The notes: generated by a model from the letters alone, not told the origin. Shown: positions 19,154 to 30,035, numbered from the stretch's first letter. The stretch: 64,000 nucleotides of DNA from Anaerolineales bacterium (GCA_040902205.1 JBBDXR010000014.1:52166-116165); one strand, 5' to 3'. Translations and numbers: made by a program.

Positions 19154-20968
19154 TCAGGCGCTCACCAGTTCGCGTATATAGCACTGGATGATATCGCCAT
19201 CTTTGAAATCATCAAATTCCTTCAAATTGATGCCGCACTCGAAGCCCTCGCGCACGTCCTTCACATCGTCCTTTTCGTGCTTCAGCGAAGTCAGCTCACC
19301 CTCGAAGATCTGCTTGCCGTCACGCTGGATGCGCACGAAGGCGTTGCGGCGCAGTTCGCCTTCGAGCACGCGGCAGCCGGCGATCTTGCCATAGCGGCTA
19401 ATCTTGAATACGCGCAGCACTTCGGCCTTGCCGATGACGCGTTCGCGCAGTTCCGGCTTCAGCATGCCCTTGAGCGCCTTTTCCACGTCTTCGGTAAGGC
19501 GGTAGATGATGTCGTAGAGGCGGATGGACACGCCTTCGGTCTCGGCCTGGCGCTGCACAGTGCTATCGGCCTGCACGTTGAAGCCCAGCACGATGGCTTT
19601 GGAGGCCGCGCCGAGGGCCACATCGCTTTCGCTGATGTTGCCGGTTCCTGTGTGCAAGATGTTGACGCTGATCTCGCCTTCCTTGTCGCCCGCGGTTAGG
19701 TTCTCCAGCGAGGAAACGATGGGTTCCAGAGAACCTTGCACATCGGCTTTGACGATAAGGCGCAACTCGCGCACTTCGCCCGCCTTGAAGGCCTCGAACA
19801 TGCCTTCCAGGGTCAATGGACCCCCGGAGCCTTTTTCCTTCTTTTCCTTCTCGGCGCGCTCGGCCACCAGGACCCGCGCCTCGCGCTCGGATTCCATCAC
19901 GTGGAAAGGTTCACCGGCGGCGGGCACATCGTTGAGGCCCAGCACGGAGACGGGAGTGGCCGGGCCGGCTTCGGTGATCTTTTGGCCGGCGAAATCGAAC
20001 ATGGCGCGCAATTTGCCGTAAGCGGTGCCGACCACGACGATATCGCTGACGTGCAAGGTGCCATTCTGAATAAGCAAGGTGGAAATGACGCCGCGCGATG
20101 GGTCGCGCTCGGACTCGATCACGGTGCCGATGGTCTGGCCCTTGGGATTGGCGAGGATCTCCGTGTTGTCCGCCACTAGGAGGATGGCCTCCAGAAGATC
20201 TTCCAGGCCTTTCTTCTGCTTGGCGGAGACTGGCACCACGATGGTGTCGCCGTCCCAATCGTCAGGCACCAGGCCGTTTTCGGCCAGCTGGTTCTTGACG
20301 CGGTCGGGGTTGGCGTTCTGCTTGTCGATCTTGGTGAGCGCCACCACGATGGGTACGCGGGCGGCGCGGGCATGCGAAAGGGCTTCTTTGGTCTGGGGCA
20401 TCACGCCGTCGTCGGCGGCCACCACGAGGATGACCAGATCGGCGCCCTGGGCGCCGCGTGACCGCATGGCGGTGAAGGCGGAGTGGCCGGGGGTGTCCAG
20501 GAAGGTGATCAGGCGGTCCTTATGCTTGGCCTGATAGGCGCCGATGTGCTGGGTGATGCCGCCGGCCTCTTCGGCGACCACCGAAGTCTGGCGGATGGCA
20601 TCCAGCAGCGTGGTCTTGCCGTGATCGACATGGCCGAGGATGGTGACCACCGGAGGGCGCGGGGCCAGGTCTTTCTTGTCTTCGCTGGCGATGGCCTGGC
20701 GCCAGAGAGGCAGCTCGCCCACCTCTTTCATTTCGAGGGCCAGCTGCGCCATGTTGGCTTCGAAGCCAAGCTCGGAGGCCACCACGGCGGCGGTATCGAA
20801 ATCGATCTGCTGGTTGATGTTGGCCATCACGCCATTGGCCATCAAGTTCTTGATGATCTGGATCGGGCTGGCCTGCAACAGCGCTGCCAACTCGCGCACG
20901 GTCAGATTAGCAGGGAGTTCTATTTTTTTAATCTCTTTTTCGGTCACATTATCGGTCATAGCCATCAA
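19154..20968 (-). CDS. infB: Translation initiation factor IF-2 (short form)
   Basis: [37 protein letters not shown]. Confidence 0.98.
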   Translation of the reverse strand: MMAMTDNVTEKEIKKIELPANLTVRELAALLQASPIQIIKNLMANGVMANINQQIDFDTAAVVASELGFEANMAQLALEMKEVGELPLWRQAIASEDKKDLAPRPPVVTILGHVDHGKTTLLDAIRQTSVVAEEAGGITQHIGAYQAKHKDRLITFLDTPGHSAFTAMRSRGAQGADLVILVVAADDGVMPQTKEALSHARAARVPIVVALTKIDKQNANPDRVKNQLAENGLVPDDWDGDTIVVPVSAKQKKGLEDLLEAILLVADNTEILANPKGQTIGTVIESERDPSRGVISTLLIQNGTLHVSDIVVVGTAYGKLRAMFDFAGQKITEAGPATPVSVLGLNDVPAAGEPFHVMESEREARVLVAERAEKEKKEKGSGGPLTLEGMFEAFKAGEVRELRLIVKADVQGSLEPIVSSLENLTAGDKEGEISVNILHTGTGNISESDVALGAASKAIVLGFNVQADSTVQRQAETEGVSIRLYDIIYRLTEDVEKALKGMLKPELRERVIGKAEVLRVFKISRYGKIAGCRVLEGELRRNAFVRIQRDGKQIFEGELTSLKHEKDDVKDVREGFECGINLKEFDDFKDGDIIQCYIRELVSA

Positions 20969-21040
20969 CCCTTCCTCCCCTATTCCCCCTTGACCCTGAA
21001 GTGGGCCAAGTATTCTACCAAGATTCTTGCCCGCCCCGGC

Positions 21041-21325
21041 TCACTCAGGAATGGCTTCGAAAAAGGCTCGCAAGCGTTGCTGATCTTCCTCGCTGAGCGC
21101 GGTGCGCAAGGCGTTGGCCAGCTGCCCGGCCAGGCCGGGTTCCCAACAAGCACGGCGGGCGTGGAGATAAGCGCCCCGCCCCGGGCGCTTGCCCTGCATG
21201 TCAGGGAAGACGCCTTCCGGCGTGCGCACCAAGCGGACCAGCGCGGCCTTGGCCTGCACCTCGCGGCAGGCCACGCAGGTGCGCTGCGGGATGTGCTTTA
21301 CCCGCGGAGCTTTGTGTTTCGCCAT
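21041..21325 (-). CDS. ylxR: YlxR/RnpM family RNA-binding protein
   Basis: KHIPQRTCVACR, GRGAYL; between nusA and infB. Confidence 0.9.
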   Translation of the reverse strand: MAKHKAPRVKHIPQRTCVACREVQAKAALVRLVRTPEGVFPDMQGKRPGRGAYLHARRACWEPGLAGQLANALRTALSEEDQQRLRAFFEAIPE

Positions 21326-21336
21326 GGCGCTCCAAA

Positions 21337-21394
21337 AACTTTGCGAAGGTTCAGGTTGGTAAAGCCGCTATCTCAAAGCAACCTTCGCAAGGTT
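21337..21394. repeat. Inverted repeat pair (CCTTGCGAAGGTT / AACCTTCGCAAGG type)
   Basis: aactttgcgaaggtt ... aaccttcgcaaggtt, with 15-bp arms. Confidence 0.7.
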
Positions 21395-21402
21395 AACTTT
21401 TA

Positions 21403-23262
21403 TTACTCTTCCCACTCTTCCTTGTGCCGCTTCACGAAGGTCACGTCTTGCTCCGGATCGTATTCCAATTCGCGGAACTTCTTTTTCTTGGCCTTCTTCT
21501 TTTTGTCGGGTTCCGCCGGCGGCTGGACCTTGCCGGGTTTGACGCCCAGGAGTTGCTCCGCGGTGCGGGCGAAGACTTCTTCCACCGAAGGTTTCACCGG
21601 AGCTTCGGGCGCCGGGCCGCCTTGCATCTCGACCAGCAGCCGTTCGTCATCTTCCGAAAGCTCCACCGGCTTCTCCGACTCCTCGGCTTCCATCGGCTCG
21701 GCGGGAACTTCCACCTGAGCCTCGGGTTGTTGAGCCACAGCCGGTTCGGCAGCTGGGGTCACTTCAGGAAAGCTGAAGTTGGCCAGCGCTGTCTTGATGG
21801 TCTCCAGGGCCGCCGGGCCTACCCCGCTGATACCGAGGATGCGCTTTTCGTCAGTCTTCAGTTGCAGCATGAGATCGCCAGCGGTGGAATAGCCCTCGCC
21901 GGTGATCTTGATACTTAAGCTGGGTGGCAGGCCCAATTCCTCCAAAGGAACTTCGAACGCGCCCTTGGGCAAGGTGGCTTCCAACGCGGCGCGCTCTTCG
22001 AGTTCGGCATCCAATTCGGCTTCGCGCCGGGTTTGGGCGCCGCGCTCGAGACGATCGACGAAGCGGCTAAGCAGCGTATATTCTTCGGGGGTAACCGGGC
22101 GGCCTTCGGCTTTCTTGGCCAATACGGCTTCGATCTGGGGAAGGATCTCCACTTGGTCAGGGTTGGCCGCCAGGAAAGCGGCATCCGCCTGCACGCTGTG
22201 CAAGGCGTCGGCCGCAGCTTCGGAGAGGCTCTTGATATCGATGCGCCAGGAAGTGAGCTTGGCGGCCAGGCGGGCATTTTGCCCATCGCGGCCGATGGCC
22301 AGACTCAACTGGTCCTCGGGCACCACCACCGTGGCGGTCTTGCTTCCGGCGGTGTCCTCTTCAAGGTACACACCGGTGACGCGCGCCGGGCTGAGCGCCT
22401 TGGCAATGAATTGGGCCGGATCGGCATTCCATTCGATCACGTCGATCTTCTCATCGTGCAGTTCGCGCACGATGGCCTGGATGCGCACGCCGCGGATGCC
22501 CACGCAAGCGCCCACCGGGTCGATGCCAGCCTGCAAGGCCAGCACGGCCACCTTGGAGCGGTAGCCGGGCTCACGGGCAATGGAGCGGATCTCCACCAGG
22601 CCCTGATAGATCTCGGGAACTTCATCTTCGAGCAGGCGGCGCAGGAAATCACGATGACCGCGCGAGAGGATGATCTCAGGCCCGCGCGTGGTGTCCTTCA
22701 CTTCGAGCAACAAGGCGCGCACGCGGTCGTGCACGCGGAAGCGCTCGCCTGGGATCTGCTGGCTGCGCGGCATCTTGCCCTCGGCTTTGCGGTCCAGGGC
22801 CAGGGTGATCATGTGCGGGTTGGAAGCCTGCACGATGCCGTTGACGATCTCACCGACCAGCTGGGAGAAGAATTCCTTCTGGGCCTCGCGCTCCGCTTCG
22901 CGGATGCGCTGTTGGATCATCTGGCGGGCGGTCTGCGCCGCCACGCGGCCGAAGTCCTGCGGCGTAGTTTCTACAATGACCACGTCGCCCAGCTTGGCGT
23001 TGGCGTCGGCCTTTTCGGCCTCCGGCAGGGTGACCTCAGTGCGTTCATCCTGCACTTCTTCGACGACCTCTTTCTCGGCGAAGATGCGCACCTCGCCGGT
23101 GATCTCGTCGATCTCGGCGTTGATCTGCTGGGCCATCGAGGCGTTGACCGTCTTGCGATACGCCTGGACCAAAGCGTCCTTCACCGCCTGCAAGATCACC
23201 TCGCGCGGCAGCTGCTTGTCGTCCAGGACTTCGTTGAACGCCAGAGAGAATTCTTTTTTCAT
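21403..23262 (-). CDS. nusA: Transcription termination factor NusA with extended C-terminus
   Basis: [49 protein letters not shown]; RBS AAGGAG before ATG 23262. Confidence 0.96.
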   Translation of the reverse strand: MKKEFSLAFNEVLDDKQLPREVILQAVKDALVQAYRKTVNASMAQQINAEIDEITGEVRIFAEKEVVEEVQDERTEVTLPEAEKADANAKLGDVVIVETTPQDFGRVAAQTARQMIQQRIREAEREAQKEFFSQLVGEIVNGIVQASNPHMITLALDRKAEGKMPRSQQIPGERFRVHDRVRALLLEVKDTTRGPEIILSRGHRDFLRRLLEDEVPEIYQGLVEIRSIAREPGYRSKVAVLALQAGIDPVGACVGIRGVRIQAIVRELHDEKIDVIEWNADPAQFIAKALSPARVTGVYLEEDTAGSKTATVVVPEDQLSLAIGRDGQNARLAAKLTSWRIDIKSLSEAAADALHSVQADAAFLAANPDQVEILPQIEAVLAKKAEGRPVTPEEYTLLSRFVDRLERGAQTRREAELDAELEERAALEATLPKGAFEVPLEELGLPPSLSIKITGEGYSTAGDLMLQLKTDEKRILGISGVGPAALETIKTALANFSFPEVTPAAEPAVAQQPEAQVEVPAEPMEAEESEKPVELSEDDERLLVEMQGGPAPEAPVKPSVEEVFARTAEQLLGVKPGKVQPPAEPDKKKKAKKKKFRELEYDPEQDVTFVKRHKEEWEE

Positions 23263-23302
23263 TGCGGCGATGCTCCTTGTATACAGGACCCTACTAAGCA
23301 GA

Positions 23303-23323
23303 AAAGTGGGGGTTGCCCACTTT
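23303..23323 (-). promoter_or_regulatory. Leader hairpin resembling the rimP/nusA operon leader
   Basis: 8-bp stem aaagtggg / cccacttt with a short loop, lying between the promoter and nusA. Confidence 0.55.
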
Positions 23324-23362
23324 CCGGTGACTTCAACTATGGGGTACTGCTGTAACACAAGG

Positions 23363-23391
23363 ATTTTAGCACCAACAAATGCCAATGGCAA
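23363..23391 (-). promoter_or_regulatory. Sigma70-type promoter of the nusA operon
   Basis: TTGCCA-17 bp-TAAAAT with an extended TG motif. Confidence 0.65.
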
Positions 23392-23406
23392 GTGCTGGAA
23401 GGGTAT

Positions 23407-23823
23407 CTATTGGCCAGCTTCCCGGATGACGTTGGCCGTGAATTCGATGCGTATCTCCGGCTGGCCTGGGTCGTTTGAGGAGAGATAGACCTGGCGCGTG
23501 TAGAAGCCGGTCACATCGCCATGGGCGGCTGAATCGAAGGTGATATGCAGGATGGTTTCCTGCCCTGCCGGGATCCGGTTTTCATCGATGTTCGCGGTGG
23601 TACATCCGCAAGAAGTGGCAATGCCCTCGATGACCAATTCGCCCGACCCCGTGTTGGCGATGGTCACGTCCTGGGTGGCCAGATCCCCCAGAGTCACGTC
23701 GCCAAAATCGAACTCGAGCGGCTCTACGGACAGTTCCGGTTGGCCGGATTGGCAAGCGGCCAGCAACAGGCCTACCAGCGCAATGACCAGGAACCCAGGC
23801 GTTCTCGGCATCAATGTCCTCAT
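23407..23823 (-). CDS. DUF1573 Ig-like lipoprotein
   Basis: Lipobox LLAAC, FDFGDV, NTGSGELVI, TSCGCTTA, SNDP. Confidence 0.8.
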   Translation of the reverse strand: MRTLMPRTPGFLVIALVGLLLAACQSGQPELSVEPLEFDFGDVTLGDLATQDVTIANTGSGELVIEGIATSCGCTTANIDENRIPAGQETILHITFDSAAHGDVTGFYTRQVYLSSNDPGQPEIRIEFTANVIREAGQ

Positions 23824-24419
23824 GGGGTAGCGGCCACAGAAGCCTGCGTCCAGATCTCGGTCTGCAGGGAGGTGGGGTCGTTGCTCTCGATGATCACGCC
23901 GCGGCGCACGGTCTGGCCGCGAACGTCATGAGCACTGGCGTCGAAAGTAAGCGTCATCAAGGAGATCCCGCCGGGCGGGATGAGGGTCGCGGTGAAATCG
24001 GCCGTGGTGCACTCGCAGCTTGTGTAAGCCCGGCTGATGGTCAATGGAGCCGTCCCCTCATTGGCAATGACAAATACATGCTGGACCACTTCGGCGGCGC
24101 CCACACCCTTGAAATCAAAGAAGGGCTGCGCAATGACGATCTTCGGCTGCGGCCCATCTTCAGGCAGAAGGGGAATGGAGCCCAGGTTGGGCCCCGACAT
24201 TTCGTGGACCGCACGGAGGGTTTCTCCATATACCACCAGGCTTTCGTCATACGCCACCTGATGGTCAGCGGGGCGGCTGGCCGCAGTGACGGCCATCCAA
24301 ATGCCTGCGGCCAGCACAAGGACCAAGGCGAGGCCGCCTAGCAGCCTGGCCTGGCTGCGCCGCCGCCTCTGCTGCAACCGATCCTGCATGAACTTGCGCT
24401 GCTTTTCTCCTGCAATCAT
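23820..24419 (-). CDS. DUF1573 Ig-like membrane-anchored protein
   Basis: N-terminal TM helix, VHEM, NEGTAPLTI, TSCECTTA, ESNDP. Confidence 0.78.
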   Translation of the reverse strand: MIAGEKQRKFMQDRLQQRRRRSQARLLGGLALVLVLAAGIWMAVTAASRPADHQVAYDESLVVYGETLRAVHEMSGPNLGSIPLLPEDGPQPKIVIAQPFFDFKGVGAAEVVQHVFVIANEGTAPLTISRAYTSCECTTADFTATLIPPGGISLMTLTFDASAHDVRGQTVRRGVIIESNDPTSLQTEIWTQASVAATP

Positions 24420-24438
24420 TTCAACCTCCGCTCGAACG

Positions 24439-25698
24439 CTATACCATCCAAAAGAGAATTACCAATCCCAGGCCGATCATGATCACGCCGTACCAAAGCC
24501 GGATACGCGCCGAGTTGGAGCGCTCCCATTGGGCCCAGGCCTTCGCCGCCGTCCGATTGCCAACCGCCGCCAGGATCAGCAGCAAGGGCAATACGAACAA
24601 GATGTTGTACAACACCAGATAGGCCAGGCCCCACGCTGCCGTGGTTTGCGCATTGAGCAAAGTCAGGATGGACACGTAGATCCCGCCCGAACACGGGAAG
24701 GTACACAGGCCAACCAGGAAGCCGGCGGTTATGGTGGCGGGAAGAGAAGCTTGCCCGATCAATTGATGCGTGCGGTGATGGGCCCAATCCGGCATGTGCA
24801 GCTTGATTGGAGATCGCGGGAAGAAGTATTCGATGAGGTTAACCACGCCCAGGCCGATCAAGATCCAGGTCCCTACCCTGGCGACGAAATGCGGCTCCGT
24901 TGAGAATTGGATGGCACGCAGCAAACCCAGCCCAATGGCGAAGTAGACGATGAAGATCATCCCGATGTAGACCAGGCCCAATTGCCAGATCCTGGCGCGG
25001 GATTGGCGCAAGGTGAACAAAAAAGCCACCAGCAGCAGGATGACGGCAAAGGCGCAGGGGTTCACCGAATCGATCAGGCCGGTAATGATGACGGCGGGGA
25101 GCAATTGCGGCAGATTGGCCTGGTCGATCGGCAACGGGCCGCCGGCATTCAGCGTTTCAGCTAAGCTGGCTTCGAGGGGCGCATCAATTGGGAAAACCTG
25201 GACCTCGCCGGTCCAGGCCCAAAGACGGTATTCCTTCGGGTCGGCGTGCATCTCCGGCTGCCACACCACCAGCCGGCTGGGGATCTCATCGAGCTCCAGC
25301 AGCTCGGAGATCAGATCCGCCGGCACATGGCCAAGCAGCACCAGGGTTCCGCTTGGCGTGGGAATGAAGGCGTATAGCGAATCGGCGATGGAGCGCGGCA
25401 GGCCAATCTCGTCGGCCAGTTCCAATAAATGAGTGCGGTGTTCGGGGATGGTGTAGTCGTGGATCACTACCTGCTGCGCCAAGCCGTGCGCCTGCAACGC
25501 AGGCTGCAGGACATCCTGCACATAGGGCCAACAATCGGCGCACCCCGCGCTGAAGAAGATCTGCGTCGTTTCAGCCGTAGTGGTTCCATCGATCTCGGCT
25601 TTCGGCTGGCTGTTGGCGACAAAAAGCAAAACGGCGACGATGGCTATGCCGATCAGCCAGCTGATATTGGTTACAAAAAAATCCTTGAGCTTATTCAA
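24439..25698 (-). CDS. CcdA/DsbD-like membrane thiol-redox protein with an N-terminal CxxC domain
   Basis: FFSAGCADC; TM domain with DSVNPCAF and LCTFPCSGGIY. Start is uncertain (TTG 25698, or 25731). Confidence 0.78.
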   Translation of the reverse strand: MNKLKDFFVTNISWLIGIAIVAVLLFVANSQPKAEIDGTTTAETTQIFFSAGCADCWPYVQDVLQPALQAHGLAQQVVIHDYTIPEHRTHLLELADEIGLPRSIADSLYAFIPTPSGTLVLLGHVPADLISELLELDEIPSRLVVWQPEMHADPKEYRLWAWTGEVQVFPIDAPLEASLAETLNAGGPLPIDQANLPQLLPAVIITGLIDSVNPCAFAVILLLVAFLFTLRQSRARIWQLGLVYIGMIFIVYFAIGLGLLRAIQFSTEPHFVARVGTWILIGLGVVNLIEYFFPRSPIKLHMPDWAHHRTHQLIGQASLPATITAGFLVGLCTFPCSGGIYVSILTLLNAQTTAAWGLAYLVLYNILFVLPLLLILAAVGNRTAAKAWAQWERSNSARIRLWYGVIMIGLGLVILFWMV

Positions 25699-26134
25699 GG
25701 TTCCAGACAAAGCTGCGATCGAACCCGTCAATACTGCGGATCATCAAGGTGATTTGCGTAGCGCCTTCCCAAAGATCAGAAATGTTAATCGGCAGAGGGA
25801 AGGTCAGGATGCCACTCATGTGATGCCCGCCTTGCGGTCCTTCCCAACCGTTGGGCGCCAAAACAAATCCTGTGTCCGTCGTTAGCGTGGCCAGGGCGGT
25901 GAGGTCGATATTCAATTCGACAGAATGGGTATCAAGGCTGATTTCAAACCCTAGTTCCGCATCTCCGGCGGCGAAGGCCAGCGGCGTGATCGTTACGGAA
26001 ACTTCGCCCTGCTCGTCCGTGCGCGGCTGATCGGCGGGCCAGCCCTGTGGACCTGGGGCAGTTTGTGCACCGGCGCAGGCGGCCAATGCCAAAACCAACA
26101 GGGGAAGGAGCAGGCGAACTAGCGTACTTGCCAT
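25691..26134 (-). CDS. His-motif lipoprotein of unknown function
   Basis: Lipobox LAAC; LDTHSVEL and GGHHMSGIL motifs. Confidence 0.7.
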   Translation of the reverse strand: MASTLVRLLLPLLVLALAACAGAQTAPGPQGWPADQPRTDEQGEVSVTITPLAFAAGDAELGFEISLDTHSVELNIDLTALATLTTDTGFVLAPNGWEGPQGGHHMSGILTFPLPINISDLWEGATQITLMIRSIDGFDRSFVWNLE

Positions 26135-26217
26135 GGCGATTGCTTAGCTTGGAGAGATGGTAGCCGGGAGGCCGCGCGCGTTTGAGGGACAGTTGTCCCC
26201 TATAGGGTAGTCCTTTT

Positions 26218-26254
26218 GCCCTCCCCCTAGGGGAGGGGTAGGCTAAGTGGGGTT
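26218..26254. repeat. REP-like palindrome overlapping the GNAT gene end
   Basis: Minus strand reads accccacttagcctacccctcccctagggggagggc, the same family as 1803-1840. Confidence 0.55.
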
Positions 26255-26802
26255 ACCTGGGCGGGCGAGAGAAGTTTCCCCATGCGCCAACCGGGTTCGT
26301 GGACCTGGCGAGTCTCACCTTGATGGTCTTCGTAGGACCAGTCGCCGGAAACTGAAGCCCGGCGGCGATAGCCGAGCCTTTTGTAAAGGCGCATGGCGCC
26401 AAGGTTGTCATGGGCAACGTGCAGATAGGCCTGCCTGAAGCCGCGCTGCAGCAAGTCAGCTTCGGCCACGGCCATCAGGCGGGTGCCCAAACCGGCGCCC
26501 CGAAATTCAGGCCGCACGCGGAAGGAATAGATGAAGGCGCAATGGCGGCCATCAGCCACCAAGGGCTCGACCTCGCTGGCAAGCAGCACGAAAAGTTGGC
26601 CGAGCAGATACCCATCGCCGCGGTCCGCCACCCACAGCAGCGCCTCGCCGCGCTGGGTGCGCTCGAAGGCGCGCGCATACACGCGGCGGAAGTGAGTGTA
26701 GGCGCCCTCCCATTCCAGCGCGGGCAGATCGCGGTGCTCGGCCAGGCGGATCTCTACTTGAGCCAGCCAGGCGGCAGCCAGCGCGAGGTCAGTGGTGCTC
26801 AT
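26227..26802 (-). CDS. GNAT family N-acetyltransferase
   Basis: FRVRPEFRGAGLGTRLM, DNLGAMRLYKRLGY. Confidence 0.9.
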   Translation of the reverse strand: MSTTDLALAAAWLAQVEIRLAEHRDLPALEWEGAYTHFRRVYARAFERTQRGEALLWVADRGDGYLLGQLFVLLASEVEPLVADGRHCAFIYSFRVRPEFRGAGLGTRLMAVAEADLLQRGFRQAYLHVAHDNLGAMRLYKRLGYRRRASVSGDWSYEDHQGETRQVHEPGWRMGKLLSPAQVTPLSLPLP

Positions 26803-28132
26803 CCAGGAGGCGCTCCAATAGTTGCGCTTCTTGTTTGGCCGTGCGCACCTGGCCATCCAAACGCGCAGCCCGCAGGCTTTCCAGGATCTTTTTGTAGGCG
26901 GGGCCTGGCGCCAGGCCCCGCTTGCGCAGCGTGTTCCCATCTATTCCAGGGCGGATGTGCCGCCAGGAGCGAGCATACTTTTCCAGCGCCCTGCCCAAAG
27001 CCCCATGCTCGTGCGCTAAATAGAATGCGTACACAGCCAGCTGCGGTTCCTTTTCCAGCCGCGACACCAGGCGGCTGGCAGGCATCCGGCCGATCGAGCG
27101 GTGCTGGGCGCGCAGCCGGGCGGCGGCCTCCGAGGCGGTTTGCAGATCCTTATTGAAGCGCAGCCGCTTGGCAAGTTCGGCCACTTCCTGCGCGGCGAAA
27201 TGCATGAACCAGATCACAAAACCGAGATCGACAGAGGACAGATCGCGCAGATCCCAATACGTGGGAGGCGCCTTGGAAGCCGCACGTTCCAACAGCGTGG
27301 CCGTCCCGGTCACGAGCCGCAAACGGGGATGGATGTGGCGCAAGACAGCCAAGCGCTGCAAGTCGCGCAAGATCTCAACACGGTTTTTTTCCAGTAAGGT
27401 CAGCTCGAGTTCGTTGCGAATGCGATCGCCGGAAAGGAGTTCCAGGCCGGGCAGCTTCCGCTTGAGCTGCGCTAGCGTATCCGGCTCGACGCGAAAACCG
27501 AGGCGGCCAGCAAAGCGCAAGATGCGCAAGATGCGCGTGGGGTCATCCGCAAAGGATCCGGGGTGCAAAGTGCGCAGCACCCCGGTCCTCAAATCGGCCA
27601 GGCCGCCCCAAGGATCCAACAATTGGCCGGCAGTCGAGCCATCCAAACGCAGAGCCAGGGTGTTGATGGTGAAATCGCGACGGAATTGGTCGGCGCGGAT
27701 GGAATCGAATTTCACGGTGGGCAGCGCCACGGGCCGCGCGTAGCTTTCGCTGCGCGCCGAGATCAGGTCGATGAAGCCGGGCGCGGCGGCAGCCCCTTTT
27801 TTCTGGTCCCGCGGCCACCAAACGGCGGTTCCAAACGGTTTATGAACCACAAGCCGCCCGCCCATGCGCTCCACCAGGGAGCGCCCCAGGCGGATGGCCG
27901 GCCCTTCGACGACCACATCCAGATCCAAACTCGGCCGGCCCAACAGCAGGTCACGCACGAAGCCGCCCACCAGATACACCGGCATGTTCTGCCGTTCGGC
28001 TTCCGCCACCACGGCGCGCAGAGCAATGCGCGCCTGGAAAGGCAAGGCCTTCCGCAGGATCGCATCCAGGCTCGGCAGCACAAAACCGGTGCTATCCAGT
28101 CTTATCGAGAAGGATCTTTTACCCGACGCCAC
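26789..28132 (-). CDS. CCA tRNA nucleotidyltransferase / poly(A) polymerase family
   Basis: YLVGGFVRDLLL, DLDVVVEG, RRDFTINTLA, SFADDPTRILR. The true start may be further downstream. Confidence 0.9.
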   Translation of the reverse strand: MASGKRSFSIRLDSTGFVLPSLDAILRKALPFQARIALRAVVAEAERQNMPVYLVGGFVRDLLLGRPSLDLDVVVEGPAIRLGRSLVERMGGRLVVHKPFGTAVWWPRDQKKGAAAAPGFIDLISARSESYARPVALPTVKFDSIRADQFRRDFTINTLALRLDGSTAGQLLDPWGGLADLRTGVLRTLHPGSFADDPTRILRILRFAGRLGFRVEPDTLAQLKRKLPGLELLSGDRIRNELELTLLEKNRVEILRDLQRLAVLRHIHPRLRLVTGTATLLERAASKAPPTYWDLRDLSSVDLGFVIWFMHFAAQEVAELAKRLRFNKDLQTASEAAARLRAQHRSIGRMPASRLVSRLEKEPQLAVYAFYLAHEHGALGRALEKYARSWRHIRPGIDGNTLRKRGLAPGPAYKKILESLRAARLDGQVRTAKQEAQLLERLLDEHH

Positions 28133-28190
28133 GAATTAATCATAGCGTAAGAGCTGGAAGGGGGTATGCCTAGATAATGAAGCGATGAGG

Positions 28191-30035
28191 CTAAGGATTC
28201 GGGTTATCGCCCGGACGATTATCCAGCAGGAAGCGGAAAGCCACGCGCCCGATGTGCAGCAGGTCGCCATGGCGCAACGGGCTGCCCTCCGCCGAGACGG
28301 GGGCATAGTTGATCCAAGTGCCCGCCTGGGTGCGAAGATCGGCCACGTGGTAGCTGCCGTCCTCCAGGCGCGTGAGGCGCGCATGCTGCGCCTCCACTGA
28401 AGGGTCCTCAAGAACGATGGCGCCGGCTGCGTCGGAGCCGATCAAAAGTTCCTGACCCGGCAGCGGCAGGAGCCGGGCGGCGATGGCCGCCTCTTGCATG
28501 GCAAGGCGCTGCAAATAGGCGGGGGCTCTCTCTATCTGCTGGGTGGTAACGGCCTCCAGCAAGGCCTGGCTTTGTTCCCCGCTCAACGGCGAATCGCTCA
28601 AGGGGTCAGAGATCAGGGAGCGCTCCCGCCTGGCGCGCCGGCTACGCCGGCCAGGCGGCCGCAGGCGGCCCGAAAGCACCATCACCAGGAAGAAAGCCGC
28701 GGCGGCCAACACCACGGCCGAGATGGCCAGGGCCGGACCGCCTTGCCTCAAGAATGATTGGTACCAGGTCAGAGGGTTTTCCACCAGGATCATGACCGGG
28801 ATCTCGACGCTGGAACCCACCAGGCCATACACATCTTCGGCCTCGACGCGCAGAGCCACCTGTTGGCTGGCGGTATAGTCGCGCAAATCCCAGGCGAAGC
28901 GGGTGAACGGCGCGTTGCTGTTCTCTGCCACGGGCAGCCCGTTGACGAAGAGCGTGGTGCGAGCCACCTCACGGATTAGATCGTCGGGGAATTCCACCAG
29001 GATCTCGATCACCTGGCTGAAGGGGGAGAGCTGTTGCGGGTCGTTCTCGGCCGGGCCGCGCAGGATCTCGGCGGGTGGGGAGACCAACACAGGATTGGGT
29101 GGGCGGATATCCAGCTCGAAACTGGCTGGGGAGGACAGGATGGCGACGCCCTCGCGTTCCAATTGGGCCTGCACCTGATGGGCGCCACCCGTGTGCAATT
29201 GTGAGGTGTACTGGAAGAAATAAACGCTGCGGAATGGAGAAAAATAATCTTCCGGATCCGGGAAGGGGTCGCCGCTGGAATAGCCGAACCACTGCCCCCC
29301 GCTTGCTTGCACCATGCCTTGTAATAAAAGTGTGGGCTCGGAGGTGAAGCCTGACCTGGCATCAAGCTGCCAGACAAACAAGGGGATGCCCGCAGCAGTC
29401 AATTGTGTTTGCCACTCCGGCAAGGGGACCAGTATTTCGGCATTGGGCGAACCTGTTACCCACCAGATAACAGTGTTCATACCCGGCTCGGCCGGCGGCT
29501 GCGAAGCGAGCTGCAGCGCCTGCAGTAAGGCCAGGTTGCTCATCTGCGCGCCGCCAAAATCGGTCGGCACCGCTTGCAGCGCGCCGAGCCACTGATTGGC
29601 GTTGCCCCCCTCGACGAGAACACCTTCCGGAGTGATCAGGGTCATCAGATTCGAGGAACCCGAAGGCAGGCCCTCGGCCCAGGCCAGCATCTGCTCGGAT
29701 ACATAGTCGTAGCGGGTGCGGGCCGCCACGTCGCGAATGGCGAAGGCTTCCGCCGGGTTGAGCACCACGATGATGCGCAACCCGGGCCGCACCGTGCGCA
29801 GGCCGGTCAGCGGTTGCGGAGTACCATCTTCCAGCATCTGCAATTCTTCCAACTGCAGGTCACGAATGGGGACGCCAGCCGCGTCGCGGGCGTCCAGGTA
29901 GCCAGCGATGATCGGAAAGGCCTCGGCTTCGAGATGGCGCAGGGTAAGCGTGACCCCCGTTTGGGCGGCAACCTGGCGGGGAAGGAACAATGCGAGGCAA
30001 GCCAGGGCCACCGCAACGATGCGGATATTTTTCAA
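28191..30035 (-). CDS. Membrane protein with VWA-like and Ig-like ectodomain and a cytoplasmic FHA domain
   Basis: Signal peptide, TM helix, C-terminal LIGSD...SVEAQHARL...GTWINY...LRHGDLLHIG. Confidence 0.78.
   Translation of the reverse strand: MKNIRIVAVALACLALFLPRQVAAQTGVTLTLRHLEAEAFPIIAGYLDARDAAGVPIRDLQLEELQMLEDGTPQPLTGLRTVRPGLRIIVVLNPAEAFAIRDVAARTRYDYVSEQMLAWAEGLPSGSSNLMTLITPEGVLVEGGNANQWLGALQAVPTDFGGAQMSNLALLQALQLASQPPAEPGMNTVIWWVTGSPNAEILVPLPEWQTQLTAAGIPLFVWQLDARSGFTSEPTLLLQGMVQASGGQWFGYSSGDPFPDPEDYFSPFRSVYFFQYTSQLHTGGAHQVQAQLEREGVAILSSPASFELDIRPPNPVLVSPPAEILRGPAENDPQQLSPFSQVIEILVEFPDDLIREVARTTLFVNGLPVAENSNAPFTRFAWDLRDYTASQQVALRVEAEDVYGLVGSSVEIPVMILVENPLTWYQSFLRQGGPALAISAVVLAAAAFFLVMVLSGRLRPPGRRSRRARRERSLISDPLSDSPLSGEQSQALLEAVTTQQIERAPAYLQRLAMQEAAIAARLLPLPGQELLIGSDAAGAIVLEDPSVEAQHARLTRLEDGSYHVADLRTQAGTWINYAPVSAEGSPLRHGDLLHIGRVAFRFLLDNRPGDNPNP

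Noticed and set aside
23407-25698. Selenocysteine recoding in the CxC/CxxC motifs
   Set aside because: All motifs use Cys codons, with no in-frame TGA.
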